From Vulcanimicrobiota bacterium (lineage in GTDB: Bacteria > Vulcanimicrobiota > Vulcanimicrobiia > Vulcanimicrobiales > Vulcanimicrobiaceae), in assembly GCA_963723515.1 (NCBI GenBank), contig CAVRQT010000002.1, positions 608,001 through 672,000 of the forward strand: a stretch of DNA of 64,000 bases, given 5' to 3'. The translations under genes and the position numbers were made by a program. Positions 42,424 through 52,551 of the stretch are shown in pieces. The notes beneath the pieces are model-generated. The model worked only from the letters and a program-made list of their open reading frames with translations, was not told the DNA's origin and ran no database searches. The stretch's first letter is position 1. The number at the start of each line of letters is the position of its first letter.

Positions 42424-43275
42424 GTGAAGACTTTACAGTATCAAGCCACGCTGCGCAGTCCGCTGCGCTTTGAAGGCGTCGGCGTTCACACCGGCGCAAA
42501 GTCGCAGGTCGAAATCATGCCGGCGCCGCCAGGAAGCGGCGTCGAGTTTATCCTTGACGGAAACGTGCGCGTGCCGGCGACGTCCGAACATGTGACGGAA
42601 ACGGCGCGTGCGACGGTGATCGGCCGCAACGGTGCATCCGTTTCGACGATCGAACATCTGATGGCGGCGCTCTTTTCAATGGGCGTGGACAACGCGAGCA
42701 TCCACGTCAGCGGCCCTGAAATTCCCGTCATGGACGGAAGCGCGAAAGCCTTCGCCCAAGAGATCGCTCAATGCGGCGTCGCATCGCAGAACGAAGTGCG
42801 CAGCCGCCTTGTGATCACGGAGCCGCGTTTTTTTCGGGATGGCGACCGAATGCTGGTCATGCTGCCGGCAGCGCATCTGCGGATTCAATTTTTGGCGGAT
42901 TTTCCGCCGCCGGTCGGCACGCAATTCTTCGCCTCGGCGATAACTCCGGAGGTCTTTCTCAACGAAATTGCAGGCGCGCGAACGTTCGCGTACCTGCATG
43001 AAGTTGAAGCCCTGCGCAAGCGCGGCCTCGCGCAAGGCGGAACGCTGGAAAACGCGATCGTCTTCGGTCCCGACGGTCCTTTGGCGCCGCTGCGCTGGCC
43101 GGATGAGGTCGTGCGTCACAAGGTGCTGGATCTGCTGGGCGATCTCTCGCTGATCGGCGCCTATCCGCAGTGCGAGGTGATCGCCGTGAAGAGCGGGCAC
43201 CGGCTGCACTGCATCGCGACGCGCGAACTGCGGCAGATGATCGCGTCGCCGCTGCCCTCTGCGAAAGTGCAGTAG
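42424..43275 (+). CDS. lpxC: UDP-3-O-acyl-GlcNAc deacetylase
   Basis: GVGVHTG, STIEHLMAAL, EIPVMDGSA, ARTF, HKVLDLLGDL. Confidence 0.96.
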   Translation: MKTLQYQATLRSPLRFEGVGVHTGAKSQVEIMPAPPGSGVEFILDGNVRVPATSEHVTETARATVIGRNGASVSTIEHLMAALFSMGVDNASIHVSGPEIPVMDGSAKAFAQEIAQCGVASQNEVRSRLVITEPRFFRDGDRMLVMLPAAHLRIQFLADFPPPVGTQFFASAITPEVFLNEIAGARTFAYLHEVEALRKRGLAQGGTLENAIVFGPDGPLAPLRWPDEVVRHKVLDLLGDLSLIGAYPQCEVIAVKSGHRLHCIATRELRQMIASPLPSAKVQ

Positions 43276-43280
43276 CCGCA

Positions 43281-43754
43281 TTGGCCGAGCTCGACATTCG
43301 GCAGATCATGCAAGTGCTGCCGCATCGCTATCCGATTCTGCTGATCGATCGGATCCTCGAGCTCGAACCCGGCAAACGCGCTCTCGGCTACAAGAACGTC
43401 ACCAACAATGAGCCGGTCTTCAGCGGACATTTTCCTGGAAATCCGCTTTTGCCCGGCGTTTACATGATCGAAGCGCTTGCGCAACTCGCAGGCGCCATCG
43501 TGCTAGAACCCGGCGAGTTTCATCTGAAAGTGCCCTATCTCGCCGGCATCGATAAAGTGAAATTTCGGCGCCCCGTCATACCAGGTGATTGCCTGATGAT
43601 GGAAGCGACGGTGTTGCGCGTTCGCAAGAACATCGGATGGATCAGCGCCATCGCGAAAGTCGACGACCAACTCGCGTGCTCTGGGCAATTGATGTTCACG
43701 ATCGTCACTGATGCGCGCCCCGTCGGCTACGACGCGGCTGTCTTTCACGCTTGA
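43281..43754 (+). CDS. fabZ: 3-hydroxyacyl-ACP dehydratase
   Basis: LPHRYPILLIDR, GHFPGNPLLPGV, FRRPVIPGD; TTG start at 43281 inferred. Confidence 0.95.
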   Translation: MAELDIRQIMQVLPHRYPILLIDRILELEPGKRALGYKNVTNNEPVFSGHFPGNPLLPGVYMIEALAQLAGAIVLEPGEFHLKVPYLAGIDKVKFRRPVIPGDCLMMEATVLRVRKNIGWISAIAKVDDQLACSGQLMFTIVTDARPVGYDAAVFHA

Positions 43755-44518
43755 TTCACGGCACCGCGATCGTTCATCCGAATGCAAACGTCGAACGCGG
43801 CGTCGAAATCGGCCCTTATTGTTTGGTGGGCGCGAACGTTTCCGTCGGCCGCGGCACGGTTTTGCAGGCGCACGTCGTCGTCAACGGCTGGACGACGATC
43901 GGCGAAGATTGTCGCATCTATCCTTTTGCGACGATCGGCAGTGCGTCGCAAGACCGCAAGTATGAAGGCGAACGCGCGTACACGACTGTCGGCAACCGCA
44001 CGACGATCCGCGAGTATGTCAGCGTCCAGCGTGCGACGGGGGAGGGCGAAACGACATCGATCGGAGACGACTGTTTGTTGCTTGCGTACGTGCACATCGC
44101 GCACAATTGCAAGCTTGGCAACGGCGTCACGATGAGCAATCTGGCGCAGCTGGCGGGCCACGTATCGATCGACGATAACGCGGGTTTCGGGGGAATCGTG
44201 GGCGTTCACCAATTCGTGCGGATTGGGAAATACGCGTTCATCGGCGGATACACGCGCCTGACACGGGACGTTCCGCCCTTTTTCTTGTGCGAGGGAAACC
44301 CGGCGCGCGCATACGGTTTGAATAGTCCCGGACTCAAGCGTGCGGGCTTTTCTGACGGCGACATCACCGAGATCAAACGGTTTTACAAGTTGCTCTACGG
44401 TTCGAAGTTGAAGTTTTCGGCCGCGCTCGAGGAGATGCAGAATACCGTGCAAACGCAAGCCGGCCGCGAACTGATCGCGTTTTTGGAAGCGGACTCCGAC
44501 CGCGGCATTCTAAAGTAG
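43751..44518 (+). CDS. lpxA: UDP-N-acetylglucosamine acyltransferase
   Basis: Hexapeptide repeats, QDRKYEGE, HIAHNC, LAGHV, VHQFVRIG. Confidence 0.96.
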   Translation: MIHGTAIVHPNANVERGVEIGPYCLVGANVSVGRGTVLQAHVVVNGWTTIGEDCRIYPFATIGSASQDRKYEGERAYTTVGNRTTIREYVSVQRATGEGETTSIGDDCLLLAYVHIAHNCKLGNGVTMSNLAQLAGHVSIDDNAGFGGIVGVHQFVRIGKYAFIGGYTRLTRDVPPFFLCEGNPARAYGLNSPGLKRAGFSDGDITEIKRFYKLLYGSKLKFSAALEEMQNTVQTQAGRELIAFLEADSDRGILK

Positions 44519-44573
44519 TGCGCCGGCGCACAGATGCGCCCGCGCGCCAGCGCACCGTGAGCGGCCGACGCTG

Positions 44574-45674
44574 ATGCGTTACTTCTTTTCGACGGGCGAG
44601 CCGTCCGCGGAATTGAGCGCGACGCTCTTAGCAACGGAGATAGCAGCCCGCGATCCCAGCGCTCGGTTCGAAGGGATCGGCGCACAGCGGATGCGGAACG
44701 CTGGATTCGAGCTCTGGGCGCGCAACGATGGCTGGAGCGCCATCACGCCGCTCTCAGTTCTGGCTAAAGTGCCGCGGGTATATTTAGTGTGGTTGTGCAC
44801 GCTGCGCCGGTTGCTGAACGATCCACCCGAACGCATCGTGCTGGTTGATTTCGGCGCGTTCAACCTTCGCTTATCACAGGCGTTACGAAAGAGAAACTAT
44901 CGCGGCAGCATTACCTACTATTTCCCGCCCGGCGCATGGTTTGATACCCCAGATCAAGCTCGTGCCGTGGCGCGCACAACGAGGCCCGTACCGGCATTCC
45001 TCCACCAGTACGAGTTTTATCGCCGTCTCGGCCTCAACGCGCATTATTTCGGGCACCCACTCGCGAGTCGGTATCAACTCGGCGATCCTCGGCCGGCGCC
45101 GCCGCGCGATGGTGGCGTTGTCGCGCTTCTTCCCGGGAGCCGCGCCGCGGAGCTCGAGCATCACGTGCCGTTGCTGTTCGATTCACTGCAGCGCTTGCGA
45201 GATTTTCGTCCCAATCTGCGGGCGCATGCCGTTGCAGCGGATGACGCCGCGGCGAAGATTTTGACGCGCATGATTCGTAAGCGGGATGCCGGCGTCGAGA
45301 TCGTGCGGGAAACGGAAGATGCGCTTCGAAGCGCCGATGCCGCTTGGATCGCATCGGGTACGGCCGTCTTAGAAGCGGCGCTCCTTGGCGTGCCCTCGGT
45401 CGTGTTCTACCGCATGACAGCGTCTCAGATACGGCTCGTACGCCGGCTTTATCGCGGCCGTTATATGGCGCTTCCCAATCTGATTGCGGAACGGGACATC
45501 GTTCCCGAGTTTGCGCAAGAAAGCGCGCGGCCGGACGTCTTGGCGCGAGCGATGGATTCCGTCTTGAGCGATCCGCTGCCGCAATTCAACGCGTTGCGTG
45601 AGTTGCGCAACCAGATCGGCGGAAGCGACGCGTTGCCGCGGATCGCCGAGTTGGTCGTCGGAGAGCGCAGCTGA
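44574..45674 (+). CDS. lpxB: lipid-A-disaccharide synthase
   Basis: STGEPSAE, VDFGAFNL, GHPL, LLPGSR, ASGTAVLE, LPNL. Confidence 0.9.
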   Translation: MRYFFSTGEPSAELSATLLATEIAARDPSARFEGIGAQRMRNAGFELWARNDGWSAITPLSVLAKVPRVYLVWLCTLRRLLNDPPERIVLVDFGAFNLRLSQALRKRNYRGSITYYFPPGAWFDTPDQARAVARTTRPVPAFLHQYEFYRRLGLNAHYFGHPLASRYQLGDPRPAPPRDGGVVALLPGSRAAELEHHVPLLFDSLQRLRDFRPNLRAHAVAADDAAAKILTRMIRKRDAGVEIVRETEDALRSADAAWIASGTAVLEAALLGVPSVVFYRMTASQIRLVRRLYRGRYMALPNLIAERDIVPEFAQESARPDVLARAMDSVLSDPLPQFNALRELRNQIGGSDALPRIAELVVGERS

Positions 45675-46408
45675 TGCGCATCTACCACACCTCCGATCTC
45701 CACGATAGACGCGACTTTGCCCAGCCGCTGATCGCGCTTCGTAACCGCGCTCCCGGCTGGTATTTCGATTGCGGCGATTCTTTGCGCGGCAGCCAGACGA
45801 TCTACCACCGCGACGAGCCCATTCAACGCGCGCTCGACAGCGCGGGCTGCGATGCGCAAGCGATCGGCAACCGCGAGTTTCACTATCTCTTCGGCGCGCT
45901 TAGCGCACGGGCAAGCCGTGCGGGCCACCCGCTCGTCTGTTCCAACTTAATCGACGTTCACGGACGCCAGCTGCCCTTCATCGATCATCTGCGGCTTTCG
46001 AACGAGCACGGCGCGGCATATCTTACCGGTCTGCTCGTCATGCAGTATCCGACCGGCAGCCCCTTGGAGCGCATTTTCGGTTGGCGCTTCTTAAATCCGG
46101 CCGCGGTCATCGGGGAACACGAACGCAAGGTCCGCGATGACGAATATTTCGTCGTCCTCTCACACCTTGGTTTGCAAAGGGATGAAGAGCTGGCAACGAC
46201 CCATCAGCGCATCGATCTGCTGTTGGGCGGACACAGCCATGATACGCTTGCGGAGCCGCGCATGGTCGGGCGTGTGCCAATCGTGCACGCGGGGCCGTAC
46301 GGCCGCTTCGTCTCGGTAAGCGAGTTGCAGCGGGAGAACGGCAAGGCGAAGCTTGAGCATTTTTCGCTGTTGCCCCTGATTGGCCAATCGCCGCATGAAA
46401 GCCGATGA
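45674..46408 (+). CDS. calcineurin-like metallophosphoesterase (catalytic domain only)
   Basis: SDLH, DCGD, GNRE, LSHLG, GGHSH motifs; start overlaps the lpxB stop. Confidence 0.85.
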   Translation: MRIYHTSDLHDRRDFAQPLIALRNRAPGWYFDCGDSLRGSQTIYHRDEPIQRALDSAGCDAQAIGNREFHYLFGALSARASRAGHPLVCSNLIDVHGRQLPFIDHLRLSNEHGAAYLTGLLVMQYPTGSPLERIFGWRFLNPAAVIGEHERKVRDDEYFVVLSHLGLQRDEELATTHQRIDLLLGGHSHDTLAEPRMVGRVPIVHAGPYGRFVSVSELQRENGKAKLEHFSLLPLIGQSPHESR

Positions 46409-47559
46409 AGCAGTTGCTCTTCGTGACGAACGGGCACGGTGAACAAGCGATTGCCGCTCGCATTGCGGCGGAGCTCGACGCGCTCGATGACTTCAAGATC
46501 GATCATCTCTCGCTTGTCGGCGAGCAGCTGCCGCCCTCCGATTCGTTCCATCCGGTCGGGCCGGCCCGAAGCCTGCCAAGTGGCGGGCTCATCGCGATGG
46601 GAAATCTGCGCAATTTGCTGCGGGATCTGCGCGCCGGCTTGTTGACGCATACGATTGCGCAATTGCGCTTTTTGGGCAGCGTAAAAGGGCGTTACGATCT
46701 CGCGATTGCCGTCGGCGACACCTTTTCGTATCTCATAGCGCGCCGCGCGCGGGCGAAGCGGACCGCTTTTGTCGGCACCGCGAAGAGCGTGTACGTCGCG
46801 CGATATGGACCGGGCGAAGTTCGCGTCCTGCGCTCGGCGAATGCGATCTTTGTCCGCGATCAAAAAACCGCCGCCGATTTGCAGGCTCGTGGCCTTCGCG
46901 CTTGCGCGCCGGGGAACGTCATCGTCGACCTCTTTGCAGATGCTGCCGACAATCCGGCCGCACTTGCAGGGAAGCGCGTAGCGATCTTTCCCGGCAGTCG
47001 TGAGGGCGCATACGCCGATGCGGTCTTCGCGTGCGCGATCGTACGCCGCCTTTGGGAGAAGCGTTCGGCAATCGAGGCATCGCTTTCCATCGCGCCGCGA
47101 CTTGATCCACTGCGTTTCGCGCAGGTTCTTCGCGACGCTGGTTGGGATGTCACCGCAATGGATGTGCCCTGCGTTCCTTTCGTGCTCGTCATTGGGGATC
47201 GGCCGCTGATCACGGCGTGGAACGGTTCGGCCGGCGCGATGTTGCGCGACGCGCAAATTGTTCTAGGTCAAGCGGGAACAGCGAATGAAGCGGCCGCTGC
47301 GCGAGGCATTCCGATTGCGGCGTTCGACCGAACGCGCCGTTCGGCGGGCAACTGGTATCGGCAGCGTCAACGTGGTTTGCTTGACGGCGCATTGACGATG
47401 CTGCCAAGTTCGGTCGATCAAGCGGCGGACTCCCTTGCGGCGCTGCTTTCAGATGAAGCTCGACGGCACGCGATGGGCAGGATCGGGCGGGAACGGATGG
47501 GTGCTCCCGGCGGCGCTCGCGCGATTGCAATGCAACTGACTGAGATGCTGCAATGCTGA
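46405..47559 (+). CDS. lipid-A-disaccharide synthase-related protein (LpxB paralogue)
   Basis: TNGHGE, LPSGG, AVGD, GTAKS, PGSR, AGTANE, RMGAPGG; resembles the LpxB-related family known from cyanobacteria. Confidence 0.8.
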   Translation: MKQLLFVTNGHGEQAIAARIAAELDALDDFKIDHLSLVGEQLPPSDSFHPVGPARSLPSGGLIAMGNLRNLLRDLRAGLLTHTIAQLRFLGSVKGRYDLAIAVGDTFSYLIARRARAKRTAFVGTAKSVYVARYGPGEVRVLRSANAIFVRDQKTAADLQARGLRACAPGNVIVDLFADAADNPAALAGKRVAIFPGSREGAYADAVFACAIVRRLWEKRSAIEASLSIAPRLDPLRFAQVLRDAGWDVTAMDVPCVPFVLVIGDRPLITAWNGSAGAMLRDAQIVLGQAGTANEAAAARGIPIAAFDRTRRSAGNWYRQRQRGLLDGALTMLPSSVDQAADSLAALLSDEARRHAMGRIGRERMGAPGGARAIAMQLTEMLQC

Positions 47560-48752
47560 TGCGTACGCTTCCTGCGGTAGGCGGATTCATGTTTTTTATC
47601 ATCCCGCTTTTTCCGCCGTTCATCACGTTGACGAGCGTTTCAGTTCCGGGAGTTTCACTGCTTCCAATTCCGGTCGCGATCGGGCTCTTAGCGTTGATGG
47701 CCCTCATTGCGATCTACGGCATCGTGCTGAACGTCAGGGAAACCGGCGATGACGTGCCGACGCTCGGTCCGCTTCTTGTGTGGCTCGCTGCGGCGATCGT
47801 GAGTGCGGCGCTCGGCTTCGATCCCGCAGCCGGTGCGATTTTCTTAGCGATCTTCGGCTTCGGGATCGTTTGGCACGTATCGGTCATGCGCTACTATGTG
47901 AAGCCGGGGTTTGCGCCGGCAATCTACTACGGCTTTCTGCTTTCCGGCATCCTTGCGTCGCTCGCGGCTCTGCTCATGGTCGTCATGCAGACGCCGGCAT
48001 CACAGTATGCGATTGGCCACGGGCGCGCAATCGGCACGTTCATCCTGCCCGGCGAGCTGGCCGGATACTTGATCATCTATCTTTTGCTCGCGTTCGCCGT
48101 GGCGCGGACGGCCCATCGTATGCTGATGCGCCGGCTCGCGGTCGTAGGCTTGCTGTGTGGGATGCCGGCGTTCGTGCTGACGTTTTCTCGAGCGGGCGAA
48201 GTCGGTCTGGCTGCGGCGATCGCGGGGTTCGTCTTTGCGCAGCTGCATCGCTTTCGGCTGCGCACCGCCGCCGCAATCGTCGTCGTGGCCGTTATTGCGA
48301 TCGGGTTAGTCTTTAACTCGCACCATAACCCGTCCGAGAACTATACGCGCCTTTCCATTTGGCAGGCAGGGCTCGGAATGGTGCAACGTTTTCCGTTTAC
48401 CGGCGTAGGACCATTTGTGTTTGCGAAGATCTACCCGCTCGTGCGGCTGCCCGATGGTGAGGCGACGGCATTTCACGCGCACAGCTTTTTGCTGACGACG
48501 GCTGCGGAAACCGGCATCGTCGGGGTCGCGGCTGCGCTCTTCGCGTGGTGGCGGTTTATCGTGATTCTTCGCGACCGAATGCGCACCGCGAGCGCCGGGA
48601 ACGCGTTGCTTGCGTCGGCGATCGCAGCCGGACTCTTGGGAACATGGGTTCAAGGTCTGATCGATACGGTGAGCGTTGTTATTTTTGGATTGTGGCTGCC
48701 GTTCATGGCGGTTGCACTGTGCTGCGCGCGATATGGGCTGGTGGAAGCATGA
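47553..48752 (+). CDS. O-antigen ligase family membrane protein
   Basis: Many TM helices, TFSRAG, RLSIW...PFTGVG, HAHS...ETGIVG. Confidence 0.82.
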   Translation: MLMRTLPAVGGFMFFIIPLFPPFITLTSVSVPGVSLLPIPVAIGLLALMALIAIYGIVLNVRETGDDVPTLGPLLVWLAAAIVSAALGFDPAAGAIFLAIFGFGIVWHVSVMRYYVKPGFAPAIYYGFLLSGILASLAALLMVVMQTPASQYAIGHGRAIGTFILPGELAGYLIIYLLLAFAVARTAHRMLMRRLAVVGLLCGMPAFVLTFSRAGEVGLAAAIAGFVFAQLHRFRLRTAAAIVVVAVIAIGLVFNSHHNPSENYTRLSIWQAGLGMVQRFPFTGVGPFVFAKIYPLVRLPDGEATAFHAHSFLLTTAAETGIVGVAAALFAWWRFIVILRDRMRTASAGNALLASAIAAGLLGTWVQGLIDTVSVVIFGLWLPFMAVALCCARYGLVEA

Positions 48753-49288
48753 AGTATCCGCTCGTCGCGGCCCTCTGCGCGTTGCTGTTGAGTTCGTGCG
48801 CGTCGCGGCATGCTATGACACAAGCGACTGCGCCGGCCCAAGCCTCTCCGACGCCGTTCCCAAAACTTCACATTCAGAGCCGCGGCAACGCTTCGCAACC
48901 CGTTAGCATCGTTCAACAAGTCGGCAACCGCAAGGTCTACCAATTGATTGCGCGCTCGAGCGACTCGACGATGCAGTCGCAGACCAATTCAACGGGTGTG
49001 TTCCACCAAACACGAGTAACATTTTTTAGTTCCGACGGCTCGAGACTTTCCGGAACGGCGCCGCTGGCGACGATCGACACCGCGGCGGAGACGATCACGC
49101 TCGAAGGCGGCGTTCATGCCAAGAGCTCCGATGGCGTAGCGCTCGATTGTGACCGATTGCAATACGCTCGCAAGAGCGGCCAATTATTTGGCAGCGGCAA
49201 CGTACGGGTCGTCAATCCGTCGGGCGAAGCGCTCTCCGGCGGAAGCTTCCGCAGCGATCTGCGTCTCTCACACGTGCACGTCGAATGA
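48749..49288 (+). CDS. lptC: LptC-like beta-jellyroll protein
   Basis: ITLEGGVHA...LDCDRLQY...GNVRV...SDLRL pattern; directly upstream of lptB; LSSC lipobox. Confidence 0.7.
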   Translation: MKYPLVAALCALLLSSCASRHAMTQATAPAQASPTPFPKLHIQSRGNASQPVSIVQQVGNRKVYQLIARSSDSTMQSQTNSTGVFHQTRVTFFSSDGSRLSGTAPLATIDTAAETITLEGGVHAKSSDGVALDCDRLQYARKSGQLFGSGNVRVVNPSGEALSGGSFRSDLRLSHVHVE

Positions 49289-50034
49289 ACGCTGAACGTC
49301 CGCGCAGCATCGAGATGCAGCATCTGACGAAGCAATACGGGGAACGCACCGTCGTCAACGATGTTAATGCCGAGATTTCAGTCGGAGAAATCGTAGGGCT
49401 GCTCGGACCGAACGGCGCCGGCAAGACGACGACGTTTTACATGGTCGTTGGGCTCGTGCGTCCGGATAGCGGGTGCGTGCTGTTGCGTGACGGAAGGCAA
49501 GACGTCGATCTCAGCGATGCGCCGATGCATTGGCGCGCCCGCCGCGGCATCGGTTACCTCTCACAAGAGAACTCGATTTTTCGCAAGCTGACCGTCGGCG
49601 ACAACATCCGGCTGATTTGGGAGATGAACAACGTGCCCGCCGAGGAGCAGGAACATCGGCTGCCGGTGCTCTTGGAAGAGTTCGGCTTGCTGCGGTTCAT
49701 CGACGCCCGCGGCGACAGCTTATCGGGCGGAGAGCGCCGCCGCGTCGAAATCGCGCGCGCAATCGCAACGGAGCCGGACTTTCTACTGCTCGATGAACCG
49801 TTCACCGGCATCGATCCGATCGCAGTCGCCGATATTCAGGCGATGATTCGTCAGCTCCGTGAGCGGGGACTCGGGGTTCTGATCACCGACCACCAGGTGC
49901 GCGAAACGCTGGCGATCGTCGACCGAGCATACATCCTCAATGATGGGCGCATTGAAGTCTCGGGCACCGCGCAAGAAGTTTTGGATAGTCCAGTCGCGCG
50001 CCGGTTCTATTTGGGCGAGGCATTCCGGCTGTGA
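49285..50034 (+). CDS. lptB: LPS export ABC transporter ATPase
   Basis: [47 protein letters not shown]. Confidence 0.95.
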   Translation: MNAERPRSIEMQHLTKQYGERTVVNDVNAEISVGEIVGLLGPNGAGKTTTFYMVVGLVRPDSGCVLLRDGRQDVDLSDAPMHWRARRGIGYLSQENSIFRKLTVGDNIRLIWEMNNVPAEEQEHRLPVLLEEFGLLRFIDARGDSLSGGERRRVEIARAIATEPDFLLLDEPFTGIDPIAVADIQAMIRQLRERGLGVLITDHQVRETLAIVDRAYILNDGRIEVSGTAQEVLDSPVARRFYLGEAFRL

Positions 50035-51173
50035 GCCGAGCCGCAGTCATCGCGCAAAGGGCGCCATTGCGCGTGCATCTGCTCATTCTCGATCGATACA
50101 TGCTGACGGAGCTGAGTGGACCGTTTCTCTTCGGTCTTTCCGCCTTTACGCTGATCTTTGCCGCAGCCAACATCCTCAATATCGGCAAGCTCGTCTCGAA
50201 CGATCATGCGCCGCTTTGGGCCGCGATAGAAGTCTTTCTCTGGTCGCTTCCAAGCACGGTCGTGCTCGTCATTCCGATGGCGCTGCTGCTCGGAACGCTC
50301 TTAGCGATGCAGCGGCTCTCCGGCGAAAGCGAGATCACCGCGATGAAGGCGGGCGGCATCGCGCTGCTGCGCATTTCCGCGCCGTTCTTGATCGCAGGCC
50401 TCGTGATGTCGTTTGTGATGCTCTTTCTTCAGGAAGAACTCGTTCCAATCGCACAAGATCAAGAGTCCTATCTCGTCGACCAGGTGATCAACAGTTCGAG
50501 CGCGTTCGGGCGCGACGTCACCGTCCATGCACCGCTGCCCGGGGGCGGCCAGCAGGTGACCGTGGCGACAGGGTACGAGCCGCACTCGCAGGCGCTTTTG
50601 AACGTAACGTTGATCCAATACAATCGTCAGAATCAGCCGACGCAGGTTGTCTTTGCGGATCGTGCGACGTTCGACGCGCAGCGTTGGCTGCTCGAAGGCG
50701 TGAACACGTACCGTTTCAATCCGAACGGCACGACCTATCAAGAGCACGCCGCAACAACGGAGGTTGACATCGGGCAGACGCCCACCGAGATCGTCAAACG
50801 GCTGACGCACGGTGATCCGGAACAGATGAGCCGCGCGCAGATCCTCGATCTGATTCGCTCCCGGCAGTTAAGCATCGGCGACCTGCGCAAATACACCGAG
50901 GCGTACCAAGAGAAGCTCGCGCGACCGTTTGCATGTTTTGTCTTCACCCTGATTGCACTGCCTTTCGGTCTTCGCGCGGCCCGTAGCGGCGGAAGCACGA
51001 GCCTCGGCTTTGGTATGGCCGTCGCAATCGTCTTTGTGTACTACATCGTCGCAACGATCTTCTCATATATCGGGGATGCGCTCTTATTCTTGGCACCGAT
51101 TGCGGCGTGGATGCCGAATTTGATCTTCACGTATCTCGGAATTCAGCGCCTTCGCAAAGTAGCGGCCGCATAG
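50031..51173 (+). CDS. LptF/LptG family permease
   Basis: [31 protein letters not shown]. Confidence 0.9.
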   Translation: MSRAAVIAQRAPLRVHLLILDRYMLTELSGPFLFGLSAFTLIFAAANILNIGKLVSNDHAPLWAAIEVFLWSLPSTVVLVIPMALLLGTLLAMQRLSGESEITAMKAGGIALLRISAPFLIAGLVMSFVMLFLQEELVPIAQDQESYLVDQVINSSSAFGRDVTVHAPLPGGGQQVTVATGYEPHSQALLNVTLIQYNRQNQPTQVVFADRATFDAQRWLLEGVNTYRFNPNGTTYQEHAATTEVDIGQTPTEIVKRLTHGDPEQMSRAQILDLIRSRQLSIGDLRKYTEAYQEKLARPFACFVFTLIALPFGLRAARSGGSTSLGFGMAVAIVFVYYIVATIFSYIGDALLFLAPIAAWMPNLIFTYLGIQRLRKVAAA

Positions 51174-52097
51174 ATGGGCGACTTTATCCGCGGAACGCTG
51201 CTCGTTATCTTCATCGTGCTGGTCGCCGGCGGGATTGCCTACATCGGCGACCGAGTCGGGCATCAGGTCGGTCGCCGCCGTCTCACATTGTTCGGCATAC
51301 GTCCGCGGTATACGTCAACGATCATTGCGGTGGGCACCGGCATGCTGATCGCGCTCTTCTTGACGATCGTAACGTTGATCGCTTCGAATACGGTCAAGAC
51401 GGCTTTCTTCCATTTGAATGCGGTCAACGCGCGGATCACGCAGTTGCAGGCGCAAGCCGACGAGCTGCAGCGGCACGTTCGCAACGAACAGGTTGTCGTC
51501 GGCGTCGGCGATCAGATGTATCCGGATATCGCGCTCTTACCGCAAAACGATCCGATCCCCGATCGGTATACGCGCTTGCGAAGCTACTATCAACGCGTGG
51601 CCGCCTTTGCGAACGCAGAATACGTCCCGCGCGGGCTGAAAAAGTTCGTCTCGCCGCCCGATACGGACAAGAAGCTGCAGGATTATTCGGGCGCCTACGA
51701 ACTGACGGCTGCCCTCTCACAATCGCCGGTCGTGATCATCGCGCTCGCCGACGAGAACCTCTTTCGCAACGATCCGATTCACTTCGACTTTCGCTTCTTG
51801 CGCGATCTGCTGATCTTTCCCGCAGGCTCGCCCATCGCTTCGTTCGTCGTGCCGGCAAATCCGAACAACGACGTGCGCTTCATTTTAGTGCAGTTGGAGC
51901 AGCTCGTGACGGAGAGCGCCATCCGTAACTTGATGCCGGTCTACTTCGCGCAGCGAATTGCTATCGTCGGCGGGCCGCCGAACCTGCAGCGGCTCCTTCA
52001 AGGCCGCGGCAACTATCGGATCACGGCGCGAGCGGCCGCGAACATCTATCCTCACGTGCGCGGGATCCCGATCGTCATTCAGCTCAATCGCGTGTAG
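51174..52097 (+). CDS. DUF3084 family protein
   Basis: GGIAYIGDRVGHQVGRRRLTLFGIRPRYT signature. Confidence 0.88.
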   Translation: MGDFIRGTLLVIFIVLVAGGIAYIGDRVGHQVGRRRLTLFGIRPRYTSTIIAVGTGMLIALFLTIVTLIASNTVKTAFFHLNAVNARITQLQAQADELQRHVRNEQVVVGVGDQMYPDIALLPQNDPIPDRYTRLRSYYQRVAAFANAEYVPRGLKKFVSPPDTDKKLQDYSGAYELTAALSQSPVVIIALADENLFRNDPIHFDFRFLRDLLIFPAGSPIASFVVPANPNNDVRFILVQLEQLVTESAIRNLMPVYFAQRIAIVGGPPNLQRLLQGRGNYRITARAAANIYPHVRGIPIVIQLNRV

Positions 52098-52107
52098 CTC
52101 TTGTGTG

Positions 52108-52509
52108 GTGAGCGACGCCGTTCTTGGAATTGACCCCGGCACGCAGAAGGCCGGCTTCGCCGTCGTCGAGCAGATCTCGAAGACGCCGCTGATCGTGGGA
52201 ATCGAACGGCTCGACCACCTGATCGACCGCGTTCGGCAACTGCTCGCGAGCTACAAAGTGCACGCCATCGCGTTAGGCCGTGGGACGCATGCATCCGAGG
52301 TCGCGCAGATGCTCGACTCGGTCGAGGTTCCCGTCCATCTGATCGACGAGCACGAAACGACCTGGCGCGCCAGGGCGCTCTACTTCGCAGACCATCCGCC
52401 GCGCGGTTGGCGGCGGCTGATCCCGCTGGGCCTGCTGCTTCCGCCGCGGCCGATCGACGACTACGCGGCCGTCTTGATTGCCCGCCGCTTCATAGAAGAA
52501 GCGCATTAG
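52108..52509 (+). CDS. YqgF/RuvX-like RNase H-fold nuclease
   Basis: LGIDPG, IDEHETT, PIDDYAAVLIARR; GTG start inferred. Confidence 0.8.
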   Translation: MSDAVLGIDPGTQKAGFAVVEQISKTPLIVGIERLDHLIDRVRQLLASYKVHAIALGRGTHASEVAQMLDSVEVPVHLIDEHETTWRARALYFADHPPRGWRRLIPLGLLLPPRPIDDYAAVLIARRFIEEAH

Positions 52510-52551
52510 AACTTTTAGCCGGGGTGCAACCAAGGGTACTGTCGTATTGAG

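Noticed and set aside
46204..47256. Long antisense ORFs (this 350-aa one and similar ones elsewhere in the track)
   Set aside because: They overlap well-supported genes on the opposite strand, lack recognisable motifs, and are expected at high GC
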